A stretch of 64,000 bases of DNA from Candidatus Latescibacterota bacterium (GTDB lineage Bacteria; Latescibacterota; UBA2968; UBA8231), in assembly GCA_965243025.1 (NCBI GenBank), contig CBDETY010000003.1, positions 960,001-1,024,000 of the forward strand, given 5' to 3'. Made by a program: the position numbers and the translations under genes. The notes below the pieces were generated by a model. That model was not told where the DNA came from. It worked only from the letters and a program-made list of their open reading frames with translations, and ran no database searches. This document shows, in pieces, positions 8,700 through 21,008 of this stretch. Numbering within the stretch: position 1 is the first letter of the stretch; each line of letters begins with the position of its first letter.

Positions 8700-11600
8700 G
8701 ATTTCAGGCGATGCTCACGTGTTGGCAATTCTTGCCCTGTCAGGGTCCTCTTCCCGTCCCTCATGTCCACCAAGCTGTACCTGCTGACGGAACACTCCGA
8801 GAACAACCGGGCTGGCCGAAGATGAGCGGGGGGTGACATCGCCGCAGGCCAGATAGCTGGTTTGCAGTGATTCCTCTCTGGCAGGCCCGACCGACACATC
8901 TACACAAAAGTCGAACTCCCCAAAGATATCAATTTCAGCCCCCGACCCAGGATGAATCCCCGGTTGGTGCGGGGCCTGGTGGCGCACCAGGCTTCGGACT
9001 TCCGGGACTGGAGGCTGTCGGTCATTGCGCTTCGACCGCGGCCGTCCTCGGAGCTCGGCACATTTTGGTGGTTTCAGGCCACGGACAGGATTACCGTAAT
9101 CAGGATTACCGTAATAGGGTAAGCTTGCGCGTCTGAACGCTCCCCTCGGTCGACAGCCGGTAGAGATACACCCCACTTGCCAGGGAGCGGCCATTGTCGC
9201 CACGTCCATCCCAGTGCACGCGGTGGACGCCGGCCTTTTTCGGTCCCTGGTGCAGCACCGCCACCCGTTGCCCGGTCAGGGAGAATATCTCCAGCCGCAC
9301 GGGACCCGGCTCCAGCAGAAACCAGGAAATGACGGTCTCGCTGTTGAAGGGGTTGGGCCAGTTCTGCTGCAACTGCGTTTCACGGGGCAACCCGATCAAG
9401 TCATGGGCCAGGGCCACCAGCTTCGCCCGCCCCGACGGGTTGAAGGCGTCGATGAACTTGAAGAAGTCGACGAAGTCGACGGTGCCGCTGCCGTCGAGGT
9501 CGAACCGGGCATCGGTGCCCCCATAGGCGTCGATGAACAGGAAGAAGTCGGCAAAATCGGTCTTGCCGTCGCCGTTGAAATCGGTCGTGGCCTGCGCCGG
9601 GGTTCCCCGGGCCTTGGAGGGCATGTTGTACGAGTAGATCTTCTTGTCGGACAGGTCGGTGACCCACATCGTCTCGCCGTCCGACCAGATGCCGAGAGTG
9701 ACGTGGGTCAAAGTTGGATGCAACGCACTGAAGTCCCTTGACGAGTCCCGGGACCCGGTCGCCAAGTCGTAGGCAAACAGCCTGAGGAACAATGAATCCC
9801 CGACCCACAGAGTCACGCCGTCCGACCAGATGCCGAATGCTCTCTGGTTGCCGTCCGAGCGCGGCGTATTGATATCCTTGGCAGCATCTCTCGCTTTCGT
9901 AACCAGGTCGTAGGCGAAGACCTTGTCATCCTTGTTGTCGTGGTTGACAACCCACATGGTCGTGCCGTCCGACCAGATGCCCCGGGGACCGTCGTTTCCG
10001 GCAGCGCTCAGAGTACCGAAGTCCTTGGACGCGTCTCTTGCCTTGGTGGAAAGGCTGTATGCATATATCCTGGCGTCTGTCCCATCTGCCACCCACATGG
10101 TCGTGCCGTTCGACCAGATGCCCCGGGGATCGTCGTTGCCGGCCGCCTTCAAAGTACTGAAGTCCCTGGCTGCATCCCTTGCCTTGGTGGACAGATTGTA
10201 TGCGAATATCTTGGACTCGGGGGCGTTGTTGTAGTTGGCCACCCACATGGTCGTGCCATCCGACCAGAGACCGGCAGGATGATTGTTCTCCGCGACCAAG
10301 GTGTTGAAGTCATCGACGGCCTTCCAACCGAAGGGTGTCGTCACGCCCCGGCCAATTGCGACGGTATACGCCTTCGTAGTCTGCCCGTCGCTCGCGGTGG
10401 CCCTGATTGTGACTTCGTTTCTGCCCTCTGACAGCGACACCGAGTAGGAAGATCCGCTTGAGACGGAAATGCCGCCAATGTCGATGGTGGAGCCGGCATC
10501 AGCCGCCGTTGCGGTAATGCTGACCTGAGGTACTGAATTGGCGACGCCGACGTGGTAGGTGGTCACGTCGGCGTCGAAGCCTGTAATGTCCACGGGACTG
10601 ACCGTGAGTGCTTTCAGGAGTGGTTCCGGTTCGGCGTCGGGCACCGGGGTCAGTCCCCAGCATTCGAGGCTGCCGTCTGTCCGCACCCCGCAACTATGCG
10701 CCCATCCGGCGCTCACTTGGCTGAAGGCCCCGCTCGGTGCGTCCCTGCGGCCGTCCAGATTGCTCCCCCAACAGGCTACGCCACCGTCGGTCTCCACTCC
10801 GCAACTATGCCAGATTCCCGCGCTCACCTGGCTGAAGTTGCCGCTCGGTGCGTCCCTCTGACCATAGCGGTTCCCCCCCCAACAGACCACCCTACCGTCC
10901 GTCCGCACCCCGCAACTATGGTACGATCTCGCGCTCACTTGGCTGAAGTTCCCGCTTGGTGCGTCCGTCGTCTGGTCAACGTCGTCACGGCCCCAGCATT
11001 CGACGCTGCCGTCCGTTCGCAGCCCGCAACTATGTGACGTGCCCGCGCTGATCTGACTGAAACGGCCGCTCGGAGCGTCCGCCTGACCATACTGGTCACT
11101 CCCCCAACAGACCACGCCACCGTCCGTCCGCAGCCCGCAACTATGGGCCGCGCCCGCGCTCACCAGGCTGAAGCTCCCGCTCGGAGCGTCCGTTCGGCCA
11201 TCGTCGGCCCGCCCCCAACAGAGTACGGTGCCGTCCCTTCGCACGCCGCAACTATGATAGGTGCCAGCGCTGACATCGCTGAAGCTCCCGCTCGGAGCGT
11301 CCGACTGCCCAAAGTCATCGAGCCCGCTGTTCCCCCAGCAGACGACCCTGCCGTCCGTCCGCAGCCCGCAATTATGTGACGTGCCCGCGCTGACCTGACT
11401 GAAGCTCCCGCTCGGAGCGTAGGGTGAAGGGGGCGGCGGAGGGGGCTCTGCGGCCGCCGGCATGTTGTATGCGTATATCTTTGCGTCCGTCTCGTCGGCC
11501 ACCCACATGGTCATCCCGTCGGACCAGATGCCCCGGGCCGCCTCGTTTCCGGCGGCGCCAAGGGTAGCGAAGTCCCTGGAGGAATCCCTAGCCCCGGAGG

Positions 11601-13053
11601 CCAGGTAGTATGCGTACAGCCTGCTTTGGGCCCAGTTGGCGACCCAGATGGTAGTGCTGTCAGACCAGATGTATTCAAACGCGCCGGAGCCGGGACCTGT
11701 GACGTAATCGAAGTCCTTGCCGGAGTCGCGAGCCCTCGTGAGCAGGTCGTAGGCATAGATGTGGTTGTCCTCATCGTCCACGACCCACATCGTGCTGTCG
11801 TCCGACCAGATTCCGGCGGGATCCTCGTTCCCGGCCGCCTTCAGCCCGTCGAAGTCCTTGGAGGCGTCTCGCGCCCAAGTCGAAAGGCTGTAGGCGTACA
11901 ACTTGGCGTCCTCGGAGTCGGAGACCCACATGGTCGTGCCGTCCGACCAGAGGCCCTCGGGACTGTTGTTGCCGGCAGTGGTCGGCGTGTCCAGGTCCTT
12001 GGCCGCATCACGAGCTGTCGTGGCCATGCTGTAGGCATAGATCTTGGCGTCCTCGGAGTCGGAGACCCACATGGTCGTGCCGTCCGACCAGAGGCCGCCC
12101 GGAGAGCTGTTGCCCGCGGCGTCGAGGGTGTTGAAGTCCCCGACGGCGTTCCAGCCAAAGGTTGTAGTCACACTCCGCACTACGGTGACGGTATAGACTT
12201 TGGTCGTCCGTCCGTCGCCAGACCTGACCGATATCCTGATGTCGTTTGGTCCTTCAGCTAGCGAAACCGAGTGGGAAGAGCCGCTTGATGCGGCGCTTCC
12301 ATCGATGTCGATGGTCACCCCCGGGGTTGTGGCATTGGCCACTACCGTGACCTCTGTGACCTCGTTGGGGACACCCACGTGATAGGCGGTCACCTCGCTG
12401 TTGAAGGGGGCGATGCCCCCGGGACTGACGGTCAGTCCGCTCAGCGTGGCGTCCGAATATTCGGGCATGTTGTAAGAGAAGATCTTGAATGTGGCGGATT
12501 CTTCTCCATACGAAGCCAAGTCACTGTCGTCCCAATCATGATCATCCATTTCCACTGTCGGGGATTCTGGGAATGGCCATATTCTGCGTTTCACTCCATT
12601 AACGACCCACATGGTTGTCCCGTCGGACCAGATGCCCCAAGGGGATGTATTGCCGGCAGCCACTAAGGTGTTGAAATCTCTGCTTGCGTCACGAGCCTTC
12701 GTGGCCAAATTGTAGGCGTAAATCTTAGCGTAGTCTCCGTACACCGCCCACATGGTCGTGCCGTCCGTCCAGATCCCTGCTATACCTCTTGTACTTGAGC
12801 CTTTGTCAGCAGAAAGATCCAAATCAAAAAGATGCTGCTTCGTGGCCAAACTGTAAGCGCGAATTATCCAAGTCGCCATTTCGACGACATACAAGACTCC
12901 ATTGCTGATCGCTATGTCGCCCTGATATGGTGTGATGCTCCCGTCGCTGATGGGATAGCTGACGAGGGTGATTTCCTTGCTCCAATCCCTCGCGTAGTTG
13001 GACAGCTTGTAGGCAAATAGATCTCCCGAGGACAACTCGGAGACATACTGAGG

Positions 13054-13938
13054 TTACCCCGATTTCACGGACAGTTTTCCGTTTGGATTTATACCCCTTG
13101 ATAAATGATACCTCTCGTAGTTGATGGGAGATCGTTGTCCCAGGGCCGAGTGCCGCCGATGGGGGTTGTACCAGCCTTCCAGGTATTCGAAAACCGTACG
13201 CTGGGCTTGCGACTGGGTAGCAAACCGATGACGATCCAGCAGCTCCCTTTCCAAGGTGGCGAAAAAGCTTTCGCACAGAGCATTGTCGAAGCAGTCACCG
13301 ACCGATCCCATCGACGGACGTACCCCGGCCTGGCGACAGCGCTTCCCGAAGGCCAGGGCCGTATACTGACTGCCGTGGTCGGAGTGGTGAATCACTTTCT
13401 TGGGACGGCGCCGGTGCAGGGCCATGTCAAGGGCGTCCAGCACCAACTGCGTACGCATATGGTTCGCCATGGCCCAGCCCACCACTCGGCGGCTCCAGGC
13501 GTCCATGACCACGCTCAGATACAAAAACCCCGACCTCGTGGGAATGTAGGTGAGATCGGCAACCCACAGGCGATTCGGGCCGGAGACCGAAAACACCCGC
13601 TTGACCAGGTCGGAGGCGACCCGGCCCTGCCGGCCGCGACGGGTGGTGGAGAGGCGGCGGCGGGCGCATACCCCGCGCACCCCGAGCTCAAGCATCAATC
13701 GGGCGATGCGCTTGCGACCGATGGCTTGGCCCTCCTCGGCCAGTTCGGCCCGGATCCTCGGCGCTCCATAAGTGCCCCGGGAGTGTTGGTGGATCTGCTC
13801 GACACGTGCCTTGAGCACGGCATCGGCCCGGGCGCGACCCGAAGGCGGGCGTTTCAACCAGGCGTAGTAGCCGCTGGGGGAGACCTTCAGCACGCGGCAC
13901 ATCGTCAGCACCGGAAAGTCGGCCTGGTGCGCTCTCAT
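13054..13938 (-). CDS. IS3 transposase OrfB (rve integrase, DDE)
   Basis: WVADLTY, HHSDHGSQY, DNALCESFFATLE and YNPHRRHSALG. Overlaps orfA by ATGA. Confidence 0.95.
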   Translation of the reverse strand: MRAHQADFPVLTMCRVLKVSPSGYYAWLKRPPSGRARADAVLKARVEQIHQHSRGTYGAPRIRAELAEEGQAIGRKRIARLMLELGVRGVCARRRLSTTRRGRQGRVASDLVKRVFSVSGPNRLWVADLTYIPTRSGFLYLSVVMDAWSRRVVGWAMANHMRTQLVLDALDMALHRRRPKKVIHHSDHGSQYTALAFGKRCRQAGVRPSMGSVGDCFDNALCESFFATLERELLDRHRFATQSQAQRTVFEYLEGWYNPHRRHSALGQRSPINYERYHLSRGINPNGKLSVKSG

Positions 13939-14249
13939 GAACTCGTAGACGGGCCGGACTCCGAGTCGGCCTCGCGAGCGAACCAGGCCGTGGCTTTTGC
14001 CAGGATCTCCCGTTCGATACGCAGTTGCTTGTTCTCACGGCGAAGGCGCCGCAATTCCTCCTGCTCCGGACGGGAGGGGCCGTCGCGGCGCACCCCCTCA
14101 TCGCGTTCGGCCTGGATCACCCAGTTGCGGATCGTCTGCCCGGACGGCTCGAATTCCTTGGCCAGCGACTCCGGACTACGACCCGCCCGTACCAGTTCCA
14201 CCATCTGTTGCCGGAATTCGGGCGGATAAGGGGAATGGGATTTCGGCAT
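13935..14249 (-). CDS. IS3 transposase OrfA (HTH)
   Basis: YPPEFRQQMVELVRAG...ELRRLRRENKQLRIEREILAKATAWFA. Confidence 0.93.
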   Translation of the reverse strand: MPKSHSPYPPEFRQQMVELVRAGRSPESLAKEFEPSGQTIRNWVIQAERDEGVRRDGPSRPEQEELRRLRRENKQLRIEREILAKATAWFAREADSESGPSTSS

Positions 14250-16844
14250 GGTTGGACACCCTCCTTTCTTTCAAGAAATGAAGTGTCCACGAAATCGGGT
14301 CAACTCCATACATAGTCGTGCCGTCCGTGGCGATGCCGGTAGGGTAGTTGTTCCCGTAGGTTCCCATGGTATGGAATTGATCGATCGCCCGCATCTTCGT
14401 GGCCATGCTGTAACTGCACAGATGGCTCGCTTGAATGGGATAAGGGTCCTGGAATGGCTCGATGCAGGTAAGCCACATCGTCGTACCGTTCGAAGTGATG
14501 TACACTGGTAAATTGGAAATGCCAAGGTCGTTGAAGTCGTCAGTAACCTTCCAGCCGAAGGGAGCATCGGATCCCCTGTCTGCGCCAATGCTGTATTCCC
14601 TGGTGGTCGTGCCGTCCTGCGCGGTCACCGTGATGGTGATCTCGTTGCTTCCTTCTGCGAGTGAGACGGTGTGGCCCGATCCGCTGGAGACGGTGCTTCC
14701 ATTGATGTCGATGGTCGCCCCGTCGTCACTCGAGTAGGGCGTAACCGTGACCTGGCTGACTGCGTTGGCCACGCCAAGGTGGTAGGAGAGCACGTCGGCG
14801 GCAAAACCCTCGATGTCCACGGGACTGACCCCCAGTGCCTTCAGCGTCGCGTCAGTCGAGGAACCCCCGCCGGCCGGCGGGGAGGCGTCTGGTCGCTGCG
14901 CCCCGAATTCCCGCCAAGTGGCAGTTCCGTCGCCGTCGAAGTCCGCTCGCAGCGCCGGGTACTGCTGCGCGGTCCCGAACTCCCAGGGGTCGTCGCCGCC
15001 GGTGGTCGCATCTCGGTCCCCGTCGGCGTTGTCCACGTCCAGGTTCCATTCCGCGTAGATGCCCGAGTACCCGGTGGGGGTCTGCAGTTCCGCTGTCGTC
15101 TTGCCTTCCCCTCCGGCGCTCGACACCTTGCCCGAGGTCGTGGTATTCCAATAGCAATTGCCGATGAACGAGGAGCTGTTGTTGATGACCAGGTCATAGT
15201 CTCTTCCCACCAGCCCGCCGACGTTGCTTCCCGTCCCCGTCACCCAGCCTGTCGCGTAACTGGCCCGGATGCTCCCCTGGATCTCTCCCACCAGCCCGCC
15301 GACATGGTCCTTGCCGGTCACCGCGCCCGACGCATAGCTGACCCAGATGACACCACCCCAGCTCTTGCCCACCAGCCCGCCGACATGGTTCTCGCCGGTT
15401 ACCGCGCCCGACGCATAGCTGACGGCGATGCTCCCGCCGTTGTGAAACCCCACCAGCCCGCCCACCTCCCCATCTCTTCCGGTACCTCTCACCGCCCCGG
15501 TCGCATAGCTGGCCCGGATACTTCCGTAGTTGTACCCGGCCAGCCCACCGACCTTGCCATGGCTGCCCGAGCCGGTCACCGACGCCGAAGCATAGCTGGC
15601 AACGAGGCTGCGGCTGGCGCCGCGGGGGCCGGCGTTCCTGCCAACCAGCCCTCCCACGTACCCGGCCCCCGTTCCCGTATTTTTCACCGACCCCGTCACG
15701 TAGCTCCCGGTGATGATGCCTGCGTTCGTCCCCGCCAGCCCACCGACGATGATCCCCCGGCCCGAGCCGGTCACGGCGACCTCCAGAACCCCCAGGTTCC
15801 GCACCTGGCCGCCGTCACCGACAACCCCGAACAAACCGATCCGGCCCGAGGAGCGATCGATGTACAGGCGGGTGATGGTGTGCCCGTTGCCGTCGAAGGT
15901 GGCGTTGAATTCGTTGCCGGAACCGGAACTGCCTATGGGCTCCCAGCCCGCGGCGCCGTTCCAGTATTCGTCGGCCGAGTTCACAGCCCCGTCGCCGCTG
16001 GTGTCGAAGTCCAGATCCCCCTTCAACTCGTAACCGATACAGACAGGCACATCCGGCGTGGCCGAGTGTCCATCATGGTCGGCGTCGGCACAGCCCATTC
16101 CCGGGGCGGGATTGGGGAAGGCGGCGGTATAGGCGGATGCGTTCACGTTCGCGGTGCCGTCGCCGTCCAGGTCCCAGCGGATGGCGTTCAACTGCGCCAA
16201 GCTGCTGATCTCGATCAGGCCGTCGCCGTCGCTGTCGTAGGACACCGTGGAGGCTGCAGCTGGCGGCGCCGCGAGCAGAAGGGCTGCGAAGAGGGCCGGC
16301 AACCCCAAAACCACCGCGAGGCATCTGTGCGTAGTTGGCGTTTCCATTTCTGCTGTCCCTTGAATGAAGTCTGAGGACCCAGGCCAGTGGCCCCGTTTCA
16401 CTATCGCGCTTGGAAGAGAACGGCCGCCCCCGAGGTAATTCCCGTTCACGTCTGGCGTTTTCATCCGTCACGAATGCCTATTCAAATTCTCCCATGGTGA
16501 CGCGTCCGTTCTCGACTTTGCAGCCCCCTGAAGCGATACAGGTATAAGTGGTTCCGTCCTGCAGTTGGATCTCCCCGCCATTGTTGAAAGTGATGGTCGT
16601 GGTTCCCCCGGAGCTGAAAAGACTTGCACCGGAAAGACGCGCTGGAACAAATGAGCCCGTGGGGACATTCGGGAGCGCATCACCCACGCCATGTATCCGA
16701 TCTATTGGTATCCAGTCTGGCTACCTCCTTTGGGGTGTGGGGTCCCGAAGGCGGCTAGGTTCCCCCTGTCATCCCGCCTCGGGAATTGAATGACCTCCGA
16801 ACCGGGGCCGGTTCGCTTTGGGCGTTATCCCTCCCGGCCAGGCT

Positions 16845-17560
16845 ATTTGAGAAGGAGCATCCTGCGCATCTGGGCGAACCGGCCGGCCTGCAACCGATAC
16901 AGATACACTCCGCTGGCGACCCGCTGGCCGCGCTAGTCGCGGCCATCCCACCGGATGGCGCCGGCGCTCGTCTCGTACTGACCCGCCGCCCGATGACCCA
17001 CATCGATTTCCTGGACCATCGCCCCCCGGACGTCGTAGATGCCCAGGCGCACCGGGGCCGGCGCGTGCAGTTGAAAGGGGATCCAGGTGTCGGGGTTGAA
17101 GGGGTTGGGATAGTTGGCCAGCAGCGCGGTCGACGCCGGCAGGGAGGCAGAAAGGGTTTCGACCGCAGTAGCGGTAATGGGGGGGGACATAAGGCGCCAT
17201 GTCCCACAGCAGAATCGTGCCGTCCAAACTGCCACTGGCCAGGGTCTGACCGTCCGGGGAAAACGACACCGAATTGACCCAATCCGAATGGCCTTCAAGA
17301 GTGGCCTTCTCTTCGCCGGTTGGCACATCCCACAAGCGGACCGTCTCGTAACTACCACTGGCCAGGGTCTGACCCATCCGGGAAAACGACACCGAATTGA
17401 CCCCACTCGTATGGCCTTCAAGGGTGACCTTCTCTAGACCGGATGACACATCCCACAAGCGGACCGTTTCGACGAAACTGCCACTGGCCAGAGTCTGACC
17501 ATCCGGGGAAAACGACCCCGAAGGGACAGTACCCGAATGGGATATCATACGCTGACAGCT
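16845..17560 (-). pseudogene. Frameshifted 3' fragment of a WD40-repeat + FlgD-Ig protein gene
   Basis: FSPDGQTLASGS...VRLWDV repeats in one frame, LLANYPNPFNPDTW in another. No signal peptide or credible start. Confidence 0.8.
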
Positions 17561-17952
17561 TGAACCGAGAAGGGTATCGACTTGATGCCGAAGCTCAAAT
17601 AAACGCCATAATTCCGCAGAGGCCTCCCGGTTTCGCGCCACACAAATCGACCATTTCGCTCGGGAATACTTACTTGCAAATCTCATTGATACTTATGTCG
17701 ATTCCGAAGTCGAGAAAATAACCCGTCCTGCGAACTGAAAAGTCCCGGGAAGGTGATTGGCTGGCGGTTCTCGTGGCTACCCCTAATCGAGAAGAGGAGG
17801 AGTCTTTTCTTTAAATTTCCAGTCTGGGGAAGGGCAGGTTGGCAGGGGGGACTAGGGTGACCCCCAAGACCGACTGTTACCGGCCGGGGTCCTTCAGAAT
17901 GCCCCCAAACCACTGAAGGGCAGTCGCCATGTGATTAATGCGATTATGATTT

Positions 17953-18369
17953 TCATCTCAGTCGGAGGTTAACGGCAATGCCATAAGATCCATTCGGAGA
18001 CAGGAATACGCGACTTTCTTCTTTCTTCCTGTCTTTTTTCTTGTTCTTGTCATGTATGATGAGTAATGAGACACCGATTATCCCCGCCCCTAACAACATG
18101 AGGTCCCTATGGCGTCTCTGTTTTTCCTTTCTAAGGAACTCTTTTTCGAGTTGTCTTTCCTTGTCCCGATCAGGGACACGAAGGTGGCAATGAATTTTCC
18201 CAGGTACTTCTTTTTCTTCCCTCCAAAGGCCAAAAAAAGAGCTTGTTTCCTTCTTGGGGTCACCTCTGTGGCACAGATCTTTTTCCGTTAAAGGGTTCCA
18301 GTCATGCAAGCTCAATAACGGGTTTGCCATTGCCAAGGCAACAATAAAAATAAAGGTTTTCAATTTCAT
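17953..18369 (-). CDS. Small exported/membrane hypothetical protein
   Basis: GGAGG RBS, signal peptide, one TM segment, lower GC than the flanks. Confidence 0.65.
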   Translation of the reverse strand: MKLKTFIFIVALAMANPLLSLHDWNPLTEKDLCHRGDPKKETSSFFGLWREEKEVPGKIHCHLRVPDRDKERQLEKEFLRKEKQRRHRDLMLLGAGIIGVSLLIIHDKNKKKDRKKEESRVFLSPNGSYGIAVNLRLR

Positions 18370-19607
18370 ATCCGCCTCCAGTAGCCCGGATCGTATCCGC
18401 CGATGATGATCAGTAACAGCAGAGGAAAAATGATTTCAAGGGTGACTTCCGAGGACATCTTCCGATACCTCGGCAAGGATGGTCATGGCGAAAGCGTGGT
18501 CGGTGAAAGCGAAGCGGTACTTATCTCCTATCGCTCTCCTTTCCGCCCCCAAAACTATACTAAACTGCAGTGGGTCCCCAGATCGAGACATAGACCCGAT
18601 GGTGGAAATCTCCATGTCGGGATCTGGCGAGGGCCTCGGTTGGGCGACCGACCGGGGCTACTCTACCGTGACCTCCCCCCTTCCCCGAAACAGTCTTTCC
18701 TATCTAACGATTCGACAGGTACTGATTCTGGGAAATTTTTTGGATCAAATCCTCGCCAAGGTTACGGATGGCAAGGTGTACTGATCTTGCGTAATTCCTC
18801 GGTAAGTTGGGGAATCCTCGATAGGAATCTGTTCCTTCTCCTATTCCTGTTATGGAGGTGACTTTGTGCATATCGGAACTGTAGAAGTCTATGACGATGT
18901 CTATTTCAGTGCTTCCTTCCCTGGTCATTACGAAAATTCCGGACATACCAAGAATTACATCCGCCCATTCTACTCTTGCCACCCCCGCAAGGTCCAGCTC
19001 TTCCTCCATAGATACCTGTGGAGTTGGGTAGGAATCCAATTCCTCATACGAGGTGAATGCCCTATTCAATGACCGGGCTATCAGTGGCTTGAGTGCTTCT
19101 CCAACATTGAAAATGTATTTGGGGAAAAATTCACCTTCCTTCACCGTGTCGTTAATCTGTAGAGACTTCACCTCCTCGGTAAAGAACAGCCCAATCCTCA
19201 AGGAAGCCGGGTTCTCCACCTCCATGGTCGGAGCGATGTCGCGTTTCAAGGTTACCTGTTTTCCTTTCTTGCCCGCAAACGGTCCTCCCCGGATGGGGAG
19301 AAAATCGCACTTCTTCTTCTTGGCGGCCTTCTCGATTGGATAAAGAGCCCTCTGGATCCTTAACAATCTATTTTTGTAGTCTTTGTTTAGCCGGTTTGTC
19401 TCTTCCTGTTCTTCTCTCCATTTATACAATGGATCGGGGCTTGCAGATAGGGTGGCTGCAATTGACGCCCCGAGGAGGGAGGGCCCCTTCTCAGGGCCGT
19501 CCCCGATAACTTCATTGTAGTGCATTATCGCTATCTCGGCTTCGCGTTTTAGTCCCCCGCACGTCGTCGGGCTGCTGTATCTGCTGGCACACCCCAAAAA
19601 CACCGAG

Positions 19608-21008
19608 GAGCTACCTTCAAAAGGTGTGGAAATAGAGAAAAGGCGACCCTAACCTTCCATTAGACAGTTTCCACAAACCGCCCGGTAGCCAGCCGGGCAA
19701 CGGAAGGAGAGAGTCGCCATGAGAGAATCTACCCTCGAATCTGTAGCCCCGTCCATGCCCACGTTCGCCACGTTGGAGGCTTGGGCCCGATCCTCGATCC
19801 AGGATCTGTTGCAACGGGTTCTGGAGGAGGAGGTGACGGCGTTTCTGGGACGGACGCGCTACCAGCGACGGTCCGCCGTAGACGCCACCCCCGGCTCCCG
19901 CAACGGACACGGCAAACCGCGACGGGTGTCGTTGATGTCGGGCACCGTCCAAGTGAGACGGCCGCGCGTTCGGGGACTGGAAGAGCGCTTTGAGAGTCGA
20001 ATTCTGCCGCTGTTCCTGCGCCGTACCCACGAGGTGACCCGGATGCTGCCCGAGCTCTACCTGCACGGGCTGTCTCAGGGGGACTTCGAACTGGCTTTGC
20101 GGGGGCTTTTGGGCAACGGCGCTCCCCTGTCGGCTTCGTCCATTGGCCGCCTGCGGGCGCAGTGGGAGGAGGAGCTGGAGACCTGGCGGGAGCGACGTCT
20201 CGACGACCGCGAGCTGGTGTACGCGTGGGCGGATGGCATCTACGTCAAGGCCGGGTTGGAGAAGGACAAGGCGGCTCTGCTGGTCGTCATCGGCGCCATG
20301 AGCGACGGTCGCAAGGAGGTACTGGCCGTGTGGCCCGGCTACCGCGAGTCGACGGCGTCCTGGCTGAAGGTCCTGCGCGACCTGCGCGATCGGGGTCTGC
20401 GGGCCCCGCGGCTGTTGATGGCCGACGGGGGTCTGCCTATCTGGAGCGCCACCGAGCAGGTGTGGCCGCAGGCGTCGCATCAGCGCTGCTGGAATCACAA
20501 GATCCTCAACGTGCTCGATGACCTGCCGAAAAAGGTTCAGGGAAAAGCGCGGGCGTTGTTGACGCAGATCCCTTCGGCGGAGACGCGCCAAGAGGCGCAG
20601 AAACGACGGGCAACCTTTGCCCGCCGCTACCGCGACCGGTATCCGCAGGCGGTAGCCACCCTCGAACGCGACTGGGAGCGCATGGTCACCTTCTACGAGT
20701 TTCCCAGGGAGCACTGGAAGCACCTGCGCACAACCAATCCGGTCGAGAGCCCCTTTGCTTCGGTGCGTCTGCGCACCAACGCCGGCAAGCGCTACAAGCG
20801 GGTTCAGGGAGCGACCGCTCTGATTTGGCGCGTGTTGATGGTGGCAGAAAAACGCTTTCGAAAACTCAATGCGCCCGAATTACTGCCCCTCGTCTACGCC
20901 GGACAACAATACCAGGATGGGAAGCCCATCAAGAACGAAAAGACATCCACCAGGAGAAGGTTGAAACGGGCCGCCTGATCTCATTTACACACCTTTTGAC
21001 GTGACCTC
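19608..21008 (+). mobile_element. Complete IS256-family insertion sequence
   Basis: Inverted repeats GAGCTACCTTCAAAAGGTGTGGAAAT and GAGGTCACGTCAAAAGGTGTGTAAAT. 9-bp target duplication AACACCGAG at 19599-19607 and 21009-21017. Confidence 0.95.
19719..20978 (+). CDS. IS256 (Mutator-type) transposase
   Basis: RNGHGKPR, YAWADGIY, LMADG, QRCWNHK and LRTTNPVES motifs. Confidence 0.95.
   Translation: MRESTLESVAPSMPTFATLEAWARSSIQDLLQRVLEEEVTAFLGRTRYQRRSAVDATPGSRNGHGKPRRVSLMSGTVQVRRPRVRGLEERFESRILPLFLRRTHEVTRMLPELYLHGLSQGDFELALRGLLGNGAPLSASSIGRLRAQWEEELETWRERRLDDRELVYAWADGIYVKAGLEKDKAALLVVIGAMSDGRKEVLAVWPGYRESTASWLKVLRDLRDRGLRAPRLLMADGGLPIWSATEQVWPQASHQRCWNHKILNVLDDLPKKVQGKARALLTQIPSAETRQEAQKRRATFARRYRDRYPQAVATLERDWERMVTFYEFPREHWKHLRTTNPVESPFASVRLRTNAGKRYKRVQGATALIWRVLMVAEKRFRKLNAPELLPLVYAGQQYQDGKPIKNEKTSTRRRLKRAA

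Larger units (their letters stand above)
13049..14308 (-). mobile_element. Complete IS3-family insertion sequence
   Basis: Imperfect inverted repeats TGAGGTTACCCCGATTTCACGGACAGTT and TGGAGTTGACCCGATTTCGTGGACACTT, with TG...CA ends. 3-bp target duplication TAC at 13046-13048 and 14309-14311. Confidence 0.95.
9106..16347 (-). pseudogene. ~1990-aa secreted surface protein (GLUG repeats, cadherin-like beta-sandwiches, GIWSDGTTMWV propeller repeats, RCC1 repeats, EF-hand pair, FlgD-Ig) interrupted by IS3
   Basis: ORFs 14176-16464 and 9106-13035 join in frame (DGTTMY-VSELSSGDLFAY) once the IS and one TAC copy are removed. A signal peptide follows METPTT at 16347. Confidence 0.88.

Noticed and set aside
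9086-9115. 15-bp direct duplication CAGGATTACCGTAAT x2 at the surface-protein stop codon
   Set aside because: A two-copy slippage or scar with no effect on the protein and no further copies seen.
13105-14229. 374-aa plus-strand ORF inside IS3, and similar long antisense ORFs over GC-rich genes
   Set aside because: Antisense shadows of the transposase and other genes, with no independent motifs.
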